Below are positions 50,726 through 61,562 of a stretch of 64,000 bases of DNA, piece by piece. The stretch's first letter is position 1. Every line of letters begins with the position of its first letter. The DNA is from Torpedo marmorata. Taxonomy: Eukaryota. A program made the position numbers and the translations under genes. Where the stretch lies: contig OZ360242.1 of NCBI GenBank assembly GCA_977017645.1, positions 30,194,001-30,258,000 on the forward strand, written 5' to 3'. Below the pieces are notes generated by a model. That model worked only from the letters and a program-made list of their open reading frames with translations. It did no database searches and was not told the origin of the DNA.

Positions 50726-52460
50726 ACTAAAAAAATTACGAATATACTGAGAAAATAGTGGTACACAATACACTTTGACCCGAGTTGGTCCCGGAATGCC
50801 TGCAGTGCAGTTTAGACTGCAGGCGTTCCGGGAAAATGACAAGGGGTCGAGGAGGTAAAAAGTCGGAACTGGAATGGCACCCACATTCCCGTTCCGAGCT
50901 TTTTACACAGCATGCGTTCTGGGAAAATGGGAATAATTTCCCGGAACGCAGCGGCTGTGTGAAAAACATATATGACTGGGTCTTCGTTTACATTTTGGTA
51001 ATCCACTACTGGAATTTGGTTAGAATATGAAAAGAAAGAACATGCATTTGTACCATACTTTTAGCTTTGCTCTGGACATCGCAGAGCATTTTATGGCAAA
51101 TTAATTAGTTTTGAAGTGAAGTTGCTGCTGCACATGTGACTGTCCATACAAGTGTAGCATGTGAGATGAAAGTTAATTTATATTTGCAATGGCATTTAGA
51201 TTTTAAAGTTAAAAGTGTTAGTTTACATTTTGTTTTGAACAGATATTTTTACTAGGATCCAAATAGAGATTGAAGAACATTTTGAAGTTTAATTCACAAA
51301 TATTACTTGTGATAGCGCAGTGTCCTCAATACTCCACAGTATGGGCGGATTATGTTGGACTTCTGGAACCAAAACACATCTAAAATGAGTTTTCCAGAGT
51401 GCAGTGTGATTACTTGTGTATGATGACTTTCCATGTATCTGCAGGTTTCTACTCCATGTTATTTCACATTCTGATATATCATGAGGCATAGCATTATGAT
51501 GGCATCATTCGCCACCCACAACAAGATATACGCTGCCGCATAGACTGCATAACCGATGTCTAGTTGAACTGATGTCTTGTCTCTGGAACTGTCCTGGATT
51601 CTGATGCGAGAGCTAATACATAGGCCAGAGAATAACAAGATGGTCAAATGGAACAGATTGCAGCATTTCCCTATTAATCTCCATCTTTATCATTTTAACA
51701 ATCTCCTTTATAAAACAAAGTACTGTAGAGAAAGGGTTGATGCAGTGTTACTACTGTCAATGTGGCAATGTGACATTGACCTGTTGAGGAATAGCCAATG
51801 AACAATATCCTGTAGGGTCCCATCTCTGGCCAGCATATCTCCAATTAAAGATCCTCCACAGTGTTGCTGAAACAAAAGGCTGTTCTAGGGAGGAGCCCAA
51901 TGAAATAGCATTGCCTGAATGTAAAAACACCAAGTTACACTGATGAAAATTTAAATAAGTTACATTCTTGAAAACAGTGAAGATTATCAATGAACACCCA
52001 AGTTCTCAGCACATTGTCTGATGATAATGAGCCCTGGCTAAAGTGATCCTGGAATTATAAAACCAAGAGGTGGAAACTTGACCAGCCTGTCCTTGTATTT
52101 TGTGACTGTCACTTTAATTTAGTCAAAGGATGAAATCTGGAAGCTTCTCAGGCTGTGCAACTCAACAACTTGCTGCTGATCTACTTGTGGGTGGAAGCTA
52201 CCACCATACTTTTTTAAAACAAGTAGTGCACTTGGTGGGTGTGGATGGGAGCAAGTTGTCCAGAGAAAAGAGGTGAGAAATCTTTATGGACTCTGCACTG
52301 CAAACAATTCCACTCTGAAAGGAACAACGCCTTTTCTGGTAACGATGCATGTATTCTCCCCACTCTGCTAAATGCTTTTGTTTATGAAAAAAGAAACAAA
52401 ATATGTCTGATATTGTGTAATGCTGGACATAATCAGTAATTCTCAAAGGAATCAAACAGA

Positions 52461-52705
52461 CGGGGCGGCAAGGTTAATGTAGTGGTTAGCACAATGCTGT
52501 TACAGCGCCAGTGTCTTGGGTTCGAATACGGCGCTGTCTGTAAGGAGTTTGCACGTTCTCCCTGTGTCCGCGTGGATTTCCTTCGGGTGCTCTGGTTTCC
52601 TCCCACCCATCCAAAAAAAACACGTACCGGGGTTGTAGGTTATTTGGGTGAAATTGGCCAGCACGGGCTTGTGGGCCAACAAGGCCTGTTACCGTGCTGT
52701 ATGCC
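52461..52705 (+). mobile_element. tRNA-derived V-type SINE (HE1-like)
   Basis: GGGGCGGC...GTAGTGGTTAGC...GGGTTCGAATAC head, V domain, CR1-like tail and A-rich end. Homologous to 34243-34460. Confidence 0.88.
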
Positions 52706-53254
52706 TGAATTTAAAATAAAAAAATAAAATTTTTTTAAAAATTCAATATGGTTTATAAAATGCTATTGGTAGTTTGGTAACTGTGGCTCCCAGATACAAA
52801 AAATGGATCTGACAAATGGCTGTGTGCAGTGTACCCTAGTGATCTGATTATGGTTTCAGAGCATTTTGTCCAGGACCAATTTAGGATAAATTCCTGCATT
52901 GAATACAGGGGTCTCCAATTTCTCACAGTACAAAGCTCCGAGTAGGTGCGTCAAAGCAATGCAATCACAGAGAGCCAGTTGTCAAGTGATGTTGCTGAGG
53001 AAGGTGTAGGGAATAGGTTCATCACACTGGGCATTGGAGATAATGGCTAGGCCATACAACAGCACCATGACACAATAATTAACTCTTTAAACACTGGATT
53101 GGAGAAAGGGATTGATATTGAAAGTCTGAACACAAATACAGTGGTGATACATTAAAGAAGAGGTTAGAGAAGTCCACGAGGGAGAAAGCATCAAAGGTTT
53201 ATGCTCATTAGTTGAGGATGTGGGACAGAATTGCCAAATTAAGTCAGGAGAAAA

Positions 53255-54089
53255 TTCAAGATTCAAGATTCAATTTATTGTCATAGTAATAAGACAGTGT
53301 CATATTCCATGAAATTTCTTTTTGCCTGCTGCAAGGCAGATAGATTCGCCACCGGCAGAAATTGCCTAAGTGCCTCTAACATTCCTTACAGTCAGAGAAA
53401 GAGAAGCAAAAGAGAGTCCCCCCAGAGTCACCGAGTGTCCGTAGATTCCACAGCCTCCGCAGCCACACAGAGTCCAGTCCAAACCATCGGCATCCCGAGC
53501 TACAGATCCGAACCTCTAACACGGTCAGGTTGCCCTCGGCACCCCCTCGCATCCCGGTTCCGATACCTGGTACTCCTCCAGCCAGTTCGAGCCAGCCTCC
53601 AGCAGTCCGCAGCCCGGCGTGAGTCCCCCGACAGCAGTCTCCAGCAGCCCACAGCCTCCGCGGGTTCCTCGCCTCGAGTCGCCAGCAGCCCGCCGCATGC
53701 ACTGATCCTTTAGCCTCAGATTCCCCTCACCGGTCCGCCGCCGTGGTCACCGTCCCATGGGCTGTCTCCTCCGCTTCTTCCTCTCAGACGGGGGGGTGAT
53801 CTTCCCGTCCTCTGGTGCCCTGCTCCAGTCCCCCGCTTCCCTGGAATCTGCAGCCCCTCGTGGCTGTTGCCGGTTAAAAGGCGCTGTCATCTTGGGTGCA
53901 GACCCCGCGGTCGCGGGATCTTAAATAAAACCACCGTCGGCTCCTTTAACGGGCCGTTCAAAGCCTGTGCGGAACCGACAGCAGTCGACTGGTCCCCGCG
54001 GGAGCGCTGTATCTCTGCTCCCAAGCTCCCCGCGGGTCTGCACCAGTGGCAGCACTGCCGCTACAGCGGCTCCGGCAGCGCCGCCATTC
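53255..54089 (-). mobile_element. Non-coding non-LTR retroelement with GC-rich 5' region and (TTGAATC)n tail
   Basis: Minus strand starts GAATGGCGGCG and ends AATAAATTGAATCTTGAATCTTGAA. No recognisable protein. Confidence 0.7.
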
Positions 54090-54130
54090 CAGAATTAAAT
54101 GGTGGATTAAGATTGATGCGCAAAATCTTA

Positions 54131-54312
54131 ACTTGGTGACTCTGGGGGGGATTCTCTTTTGCTTCTCTTTCTCTGACTGTAAGGAATGTTAGAGACGCTT
54201 AGGCAATTTCTGCCGGTGGCGAATCTGTCTGCCTTGCAGCAGGCAAAAAGAAATTTCATGGAATATGACACTGTCTTATTACTATGACAATATATTGAAT
54301 CTTGAATCTTGA
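54131..54312 (+). mobile_element. Second, truncated copy of the same 3' end in inverted orientation
   Basis: Near-identical reverse complement of 53255-53436. Confidence 0.9.
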
Positions 54313-54626
54313 GTTTCAAGAAAGATTTCAAACAAGATTGCTGAAAGATGAAAGGCTTTACAGGGTAGCCCTGGAGCATGGATGAAGAAACACTCATCAA
54401 TGCTGAGGCGAAGAAGAGTACAGAAGAATTCAGCAGAGGGGAGAAGATTACACAGGGAGGTTGCAAAGTTTGTAAGCAGAGGAAGTTATAGATAAGGACA
54501 TAGGTAAAGCCATGTAACTATATCAATACAAGAGTGAGCAATCAATTATTTAAAATTTGGTTTCAAAAAGGAATTTAAAAAATAAATGATTGTTTTGAAG
54601 CTAGTAAATTTATTACTTTTCAAAGA

Positions 54627-55334
54627 ATGAAAGAGAAGTTTAGTGTATTAAATAATACACTTTTTGCTTATTATCAAATTAGAGCATTTTTAGTTGAAAG
54701 GTTGGGTTATAGTTTAACTTTACCAAGACAAAGTGAATTGGAACTATTAGTTACTAATGGGGGTATAAATAAATTTATTTCTCAAACGTATAGATTGTTA
54801 CAAAGAAAAATGCCTAAATTAGGAATTCATAAATCAAGATTAAAATGGGAATCAGATCTGAATGTAACAATAGATGAGGAACATTGGAAAGAAATATGTA
54901 AACAAAGTATGACAAAGATTATTAACGTTAGATATAGATTAGTGCAATATAACTTTTTGCATCAATTATATTTAACACCTAAGAAATTAAAGAAATTTAA
55001 TTCGACATTATCAGGTTTATGTTTTAGATGTAATAGAGAGGAAGGTTCTTTTGTACACTCTACATGGCTTTGTCCAAAGATATATGATTTTTGGTTGAAA
55101 GTTAAAAAGTTTTTAGATAAAATATTAAGAATTACATTCCCAATGGATCCTATGATATTTTTGTTTGGAGATATTAAAATAATTAGTATTAAAATTAGAT
55201 TAAATATGTATCAAATAGAATTTTTGCGAATTGCTTTAGCTGTTTCAAAGAAATGCATTGCTATTACATGGAAATCTGATGTAGATTTAGGGTTAGAAAG
55301 ATGGCATGCAGAACCGTTCAGCTATACCACTTGA
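54627..55334 (+). pseudogene. L1 ORF2 C-terminal zinc-knuckle region
   Basis: KWESDL...W..I...RLVQYNFLHQLYLTP...CFRCNREEGSFVHSTWLCPKI..FW. Confidence 0.9.
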
Positions 55335-55491
55335 AAAAATTACTTATAATTTATGTAACAAATATCATTTCTTTTTGGAAAATATGGAGCCCATATATAA
55401 AAACTATGGGTCTAAGGATTTGAAGATCTCTGGATATCAGATCTGACTGGCGAACTTGTGCTCCACAATAAAGTTAGCTTGTAGTTGTCCT

Positions 55492-55730
55492 NNNNNNNNN
55501 NNNNNNNNNNNNNNNNNNNNNNNNNNNNNNNNNNNNNNNNNNNNNNNNNNNNNNNNNNNNNNNNNNNNNNNNNNNNNNNNNNNNNNNNNNNNNNNNNNNN
55601 NNNNNNNNNNNNNNNNNNNNNNNNNNNNNNNNNNNNNNNNNNNNNNNNNNNNNNNNNNNNNNNNNNNNNNNNNNNNNNNNNNNNNNNNNNNNNNNNNNNN
55701 NNNNNNNNNNNNNNNNNNNNNNNNNNNNNN
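55492..55730. other. N block within the L1 3' UTR
   Basis: Continuous N run. Confidence 0.98.
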
Positions 55731-56732
55731 GGTGGGAGGGTTAGGGAGGGAGGGGGGGATGAAAATATATCACATGTATTTTGATAATTTTGCATTTTAT
55801 AAATATGTATGATCAAATGATTTAAAATTTTAAATAAAATATTTAAAAAAAAATACAAGAGTGAGCATTTTAAATTTGCATTTAGGAATAGTCACCAGCC
55901 AATGTAGGTTATCACAGTTTGTGCAGGACTCGGTGTGACACAGAATATGGGCACCAGGACTTGGTGAGTGGAAAGTTATGGTGGATGGAAGGTGAACACC
56001 AGACCAGGAGAGCATTGTATAAGGTGGAGGTGTGGAGGCAAAAGTATGGTTGAGGGTTTTAATGATGGATGGGCAGAACGCAGAAGGTATGGTGGTTAGA
56101 TGCTTAGGACCTCATGATTTGCAGCAGGATACTGAGAAATTGGTACCAGATCCCAAAGGAAAACATCACTATATCTGAATCATTGTTCATTATAGCACGC
56201 TACCACACTTACTCCAATACTTCTCTATGGGTCTACAAGTTTTCTGGCAGGTCATAGGTGGCAGTTATACCCACATAACAGTCCAAGAGAGTCACGGAAT
56301 TTGCCTCAATGAGGAGGAGGGGATGAAGTGCTTTAGTTTAGGTTTGTGAAAATCAATAAAAAAAAACCACTTATTTCGTCAATGCACAATTTCACATACA
56401 GATTTGAAACATCAAGTTTCTAAGCAAGCTTCATAATATTGCAGCTAAGTGTGGTGACATAGTCACAGCTCCCAAAAGGAGATAATTCAAATTAAAAAAA
56501 GCAGGAGACGGTTTGTGGTATAAATTTAAAAGAAAATCATCACCTTTCACAAAACCAGGATCGCAGCCTGAACAATTCAAGTAACCGACAGAACCAGTAA
56601 CGGCGGCAAAATGCTGGAACAGTATGTTTTAGTCAGCTTGGCACAATAACCTTTCTACTCTTCACACTGGCTCTGCTATTTATGCAGCTGTTAGTTTTAT
56701 GCAGAGAAAATCCTCCAATGCTAAAGGCACTT

Positions 56733-57052
56733 ATGGTTTTTAGACATAAGTACCGAGAATTTCCAGTCAGCAATTTGCATACTTACCCTCTGGAGTGGCC
56801 GTTCACACAGGAAAGATGTTTACACTAACTTCCTGCATTGCGGTGATTTCGGAGGGTGGACGTCGTATTCTTTAGCCCATTGTTGCGGACCGCCTGCAGT
56901 TCAGTTTAGACCGCAGGCAGTCCACAAAATTGTCTAGGGCTGCTGCAGGAAAAATGTCCGGATGGAAATTAGTTACTAATTTCCGTCCCGACCTTTTTAC
57001 ACAGCCAGCGTTATGAGAATTTCCCATTACACAGCGGCTGTGTAAAAGTCAT
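56733..57052. mobile_element. Short MITE related to the termini of 49527-50969
   Basis: Ends ATGGTTTTTAGACA / CTGTGTAAAAGTCAT. Shares GTTCACACAGGAA, TGCAG...AGTTTAGAC.GCAGGC and CAGCGGCTGTGT blocks with 49527-50969. Confidence 0.7.
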
Positions 57053-59920
57053 AACTGTGTCCATTTGGGCCAAAGGTTGTTGATTAGGTTTAGTACTTTC
57101 TGAGTTGAAAGCTATCCCACTCTCCTTGTCATTGCAAAATTTTGGGCACTTAATTATTTATAGATGTCGGTTCATCTGGAGTTCCAGCAATGCAATCAGA
57201 AATAAATTTGACCAGCAAAATGTAGATTAAAGTCTTAAAAATTAAGGGAATTAATCAAAACCCAACATCATCTTCAGTTTCTTTAAATATCCATGTGCAT
57301 GTACACAGGCAATCACTTCTCATACACACAAATGTTAAATGTATGGTTGAACTGCTTCATACCCTTCTATCTGTAAGGGGATATGCACAGCATTTACCGT
57401 TGCACTGGTAATTACATACTGTCACAACCAGGTGTTTGCTGTGTAGAAAAATATATATTTACTGAAACATTCTAGCAAGTGTTGCAGCATGTTAGCAGAC
57501 TTGAGATTACGTCAGTAAAAGCCCAATTAATAAAAACTTTTCTCTGATAAACCATTGCTTGTCTTCATTTTAATAATCCCAAGATATAGTTTAGAGTTTG
57601 CTTGTTAGACGACAAAAAGAAAATATGTTGTTCAATAAACATAAAAGGTTAAATGCTGATACAAAATAAAGGCTAAAGACGCTTCTGTAATTACAGCTCA
57701 TGGTACAATTATAAGTGTTTATTAGTGTGTCACCATAACATGTTAGCTAGGCTATTGCAAAGTAGTTATATTTGGATTTTCATCACCTTAACCACCAAAA
57801 GAAACACACACATGTGTGAAAACAAAAAAAAAAGGTGTTTGCACCCATTTCCTGTTGACTTCAGAGTAGATTAGCAGTGAGGTATATGTTTAATGAACAG
57901 ATGGACATAGAATTGAGCCGCAGGGCTGGTGGAGACTTGAAATCAGCATACTGTATCTAGTTCTACTGTGGTTTGTAAATGTTCCTCCAAGCCTCCAAGT
58001 GCCTGGCCTCTTGGAAGCCAGGTGTATTTTCTGGGTGGAGGGTTTTGATGAAGAGGGAAAAGAATGGCACCCAGAAATTATTCTTGCCCCTATTGTAAAG
58101 TCTGGCAAATTATTTGACATGCTTAGAAATGAAATTTGGCTTCTTTGATTAAGATAAGGATTAAAGCATTTTTTAACATTAAGTTTGTTTTGTTAAGTCT
58201 TTCCATAATTAAATCTAAATTATCAGGAGTAGAGGTCTGGTGTGGAAAGCATGATATTGGTATTTTATTTCAAGCCTAACGATGCCCAGCGGGATTTTGT
58301 AAATCCTTCTATCAAAACTTTAAAATCAGAATTACATATTAAAACCATTGCCAGCCTTATTATGTTGTACAAGTTGCTATCCGGATATTTTATGTATTAG
58401 ATTAGAATATATTTATTTCGTTTCACTGGACTGGATGAATTCAGCATGAGTGTTAATGCAGGAACAGTAATGAATGAGACGAGACGTACATCGAATGAAC
58501 CCCTTGATGCCGAGATTAGCTGATGGATATTTGGAGTGGTTGTGAATTAATTTGATTTTGCTTTGTGTCCTTCGGTATGGTTTTTATGCCAATGCTGAAG
58601 TTTTATTTAGGATTGTGAATGTTTTTGGACTTGCATCTTTGAAATTGGTAAGTGTTTAAAGAAAGACACAGATAGTGTAATAAGGCTTGGGGGAAGATGT
58701 AGGGCCAGAAAAGAGACTCAGCTAATGACATGAGGCTCAGGAAGCAATACAAAAGCCATGAAGTTTTGAATGGTTTGTTCATCCAGAATCTTTCCATTCC
58801 AGATGCCAGATGAATCATTATTCTTGTTTCCTGTTGGACCCCAGGGACAAGAATGAGCCAAATTGTCTGTCTTTAGAATTAGTCGTGTCGTCCCCCCCCC
58901 CCCCAACTTCTTTACATAGAGATTTATTGCTCCTGCACCCACTGACACAAATTTGAAGATGTTAAACTGGTTAGTATCTTTTTTTTTGTTTCTGCTTCTT
59001 TTTAGCTCCTGGTCCCAATTCTATTACAGGGATGTGTACAGGGATTGCAGAAGCATTCCAAACATTGATCCATATCAACAGCTGTCTTGCTTACAGTCAC
59101 AAATCAGTTGGACTGATGCATTGAGAACCACAGTGCTCTCATTAGCAATCACAGGCTCACAGATACTTCATCCATTTGGAATAAAGCACCTTGGCTGTTA
59201 TCTTATTGGTGACTGTTGCTCTTTCTGAGTGGATGTGGACCTCCCACCAAAATGGGACACCGCCTGGGTCAAGCCCTGCAGATCATGGTTCCATGTAGTA
59301 CGAATAAGTTATACTATATGCATACGAAAAGATGTACTATCTGTCTATTACGGATCATGTATAAGTGATATATGTTAAACTCAATAAAATATTTTAAAAA
59401 GAAAGGAACGTGTTTTATTTTGTCTATAAATTTTACATCAACATGGTCTTCTGCTTGCTTAAAATCTGTCTAAAAATGTATTAAAAAAAATACCACACAG
59501 CACAATAGTTATTTAAAAACAATTTTATATTGATTGAAGAAAAGAGTAAAAGTTCACAGGGGTGGGAGAAGTGAGCAGGGGCTAAGACAGCTATTTTGCA
59601 TCCTAGGCAAGGCCAACTACTTGCACCCCCCCCCCCAAAAAATTGCCAACTTCCGATTTTCAAAAACAGATGTTTTGTAGAAAAATAAAAAGCACAAAAC
59701 TTGAAACTGCTAAATTTATTTATAAATTGCAAGAATAAGTAATACATCAATCTTAGATTATCTTTCTCAAATACAAAAGAAAATATCTTGACACTCAAAT
59801 CATTTTGAACTAAAGGGAACTCGGTAGAATGCATACCTCCGCCAAGGGCAACGCAACATTAAAACCTTTTACTTCACACACCTTTAAGTCTATATACCTT
59901 CCAGTGTCCATTTTTTCCCC

Positions 59921-60258
59921 ACAAGAATGATGCAGTATGAAAATGCCCCTTTGGCCCATCAAGTTTGCTCTGACTTTCCCGTAACCATTTTTACAAATCT
60001 ATGCTATTCCCTTTTTTTATTTTCCCACATTTCTATCATTTTCCCACAGATTCTACAACTCACTTACACACTACAGCAATGGCCAATAATCTACCTGCCC
60101 ACATCTTTGAGATTCGAGAGGAAATTGAAGCATCCAGAGGAAGCTCCCACGGTCACAGGGAGAATGTGCAAACTGCACACAGACAGTGGCAGAGTTCAGG
60201 GCAGAAGCCAGATCGCTGGAGTTGTGAGGTAGTAGCTCTATTAATTGCACCACTGTGA
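59921..60258 (-). mobile_element. V-type SINE, older copy
   Basis: Reverse complement of the V domain (GGTCACAGGGAGAATGTGCAAACTGCACACAGACAG) and a CR1-like tail. Confidence 0.8.
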
Positions 60259-60435
60259 GACAGCATCAACTACAGCAATAATAAAGTTGATTACATGACT
60301 CTTTAAGAACTGCCTGGAAGGATAGATATTACACAACAACTGTGAGAACTTGCAATACATTGATAGAGAACCCTGAGCGAAATGTAACTATACCATAGAA
60401 CCATAGAATACCACAGCACAGAACACAGGCCATAC

Positions 60436-60791
60436 AATACATGCATTCATACAGTATAAATAAAGAACTGAAAGACATGAATATTCACTCACCCTCCTTC
60501 AAAGCCCACCACACTACTCCACTCGACGTCGACTGAAGCGCTGCCGACCGCGCCAGAAGTACGTGCCTGCGCTAAACATTCCTCCGTCTGCGGGCCCACC
60601 ACGCACGCGCCAACCGGCCCCAATAACTAACCCACCGCGCATGCGCTGGTGACCCGGTACTCAAATCCATCGCGCATGCACCAGCCGGCACTCGCGCACG
60701 CGCACAGGAATAAAGATGGCCGCGCCCAGCCAACAAACCCCGGGACACCGACTAATAAACTAAGTACACTTTTGCACATTTAGCCCCTACA
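60436..60791 (-). mobile_element. Partial LTR related to the BEL/Pao LTRs
   Basis: Ends ...CCCCTACA (TGTAGGGG on minus). Shares CACTCACCCTCCT and GCGCATGCGC blocks in the same order as 43009-43588. Confidence 0.6.
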
Positions 60792-61046
60792 CACCAGACG
60801 TCTGGCCACCCTGACTGCGCCCCTCTGAGGTCTGCGCCCTAGGTGGCTGTCTAGTTCGGCTAGTGGTAGCGCCGGCCCTGGGCTAAGGGCTCTTGGAGAG
60901 GCAGTGGCTCCTCTTTTTCAAAACCCGTTCAATGATGAATCAGCAACCAGGAATGCCTCATCAGTAATAACAGCTTGCATTTATTTAGCAGCTTCAATAT
61001 AGTAAAACCATCCACATGATGGTTAAACAAAGTCAAACTACAGGGT

Positions 61047-61562
61047 TTTCAAAGTTCAGATTTATTGTCAGAGTACATACATGACATCACATACAACCCT
61101 GAGATTCTTTTTCTTGCGGGCGAGGCAGAATTACCACTTATTGGTGCAAAAAACTGTACTCAAGAATCAAATAAAGAAATGTAAACAAACTGCAATACAC
61201 AGAGAAAAACAACATTAAAGTGCAAAAGTAAGTCCTTAAATGAGTCTGATTGAGTTTGTTGTTGAGGAGTCTGATGGTGGAGGGGTAGCAGTTGTTCCTG
61301 AACCTGGTGGTGCGAGTCTTGTGGCACCTATACCTCTTTCCTGATGGTAGCAGTGGGAACAGAGTGTGTGCTGGGTGGTGTGGATCATTGATGATTGCTG
61401 CTGCCCCCCGACGGTTCTCGATGGTTGGGAAGGTTTTGCCAGTGATGTCCTGGGCTGTGTCAACTACCCTAGGGTAGTTCAGGGATATTGGTGTCCCCAT
61501 ACTAGACGGTATGCAGCCGGTCAGCACACTTTCCACCACACATCTGTAGAAATTTGCCAGGG
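61047..61562 (-). mobile_element. Rex1/Babar-type LINE 3' fragment
   Basis: NFYRCVVESVLTGCI...DPHHPAHTLFPLLPSGKRYR...RTTRFRNNCYPSTIRLLN, with AATAAATCTGAACTTTGAA tail. Confidence 0.88.

Larger units (their letters stand above)
49527..50969. mobile_element. Composite TIR element with heterogeneous internal cargo
   Basis: Ends ATGATTTTTACACAG / CTGTGTGAAAAACAT form an inverted match of 13/15. Both sub-terminal regions resemble the short element at 56733-57052. Confidence 0.65.
54541..55851 (+). mobile_element. 5'-truncated L1-clade LINE with 16-bp TSD
   Basis: AATACAAGAGTGAGCA at 54525-54540 and 55852-55867; ORF2 C-terminus; G-rich 3' UTR, AATAAA and A tail. Confidence 0.92.
59588..60880. mobile_element. 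Probable hAT-type non-autonomous element containing nested insertions
   Basis: Right end GCGCCGGCCCTG; degenerate left end CAGCTATTTTGCATCCTAGGCAAG; 8-bp flanks GGCTAAGA / GGCTAAGG match 7/8. Confidence 0.5.

Noticed and set aside
50341-50884. VRVR/GLGL/PNPN ORFs, and a CRISPR-like reading of the repeats
   Set aside because: These are translations of TTAGGG and minisatellite repeats. The units are contiguous with no unique spacers, in eukaryotic context.
58981-59124. Strong splice acceptor at 59005 as candidate next TNRC18 coding exon
   Set aside because: Phase-1 translation does not resemble the expected FLGSFVAS-type peptide and reaches a stop at ~59124.
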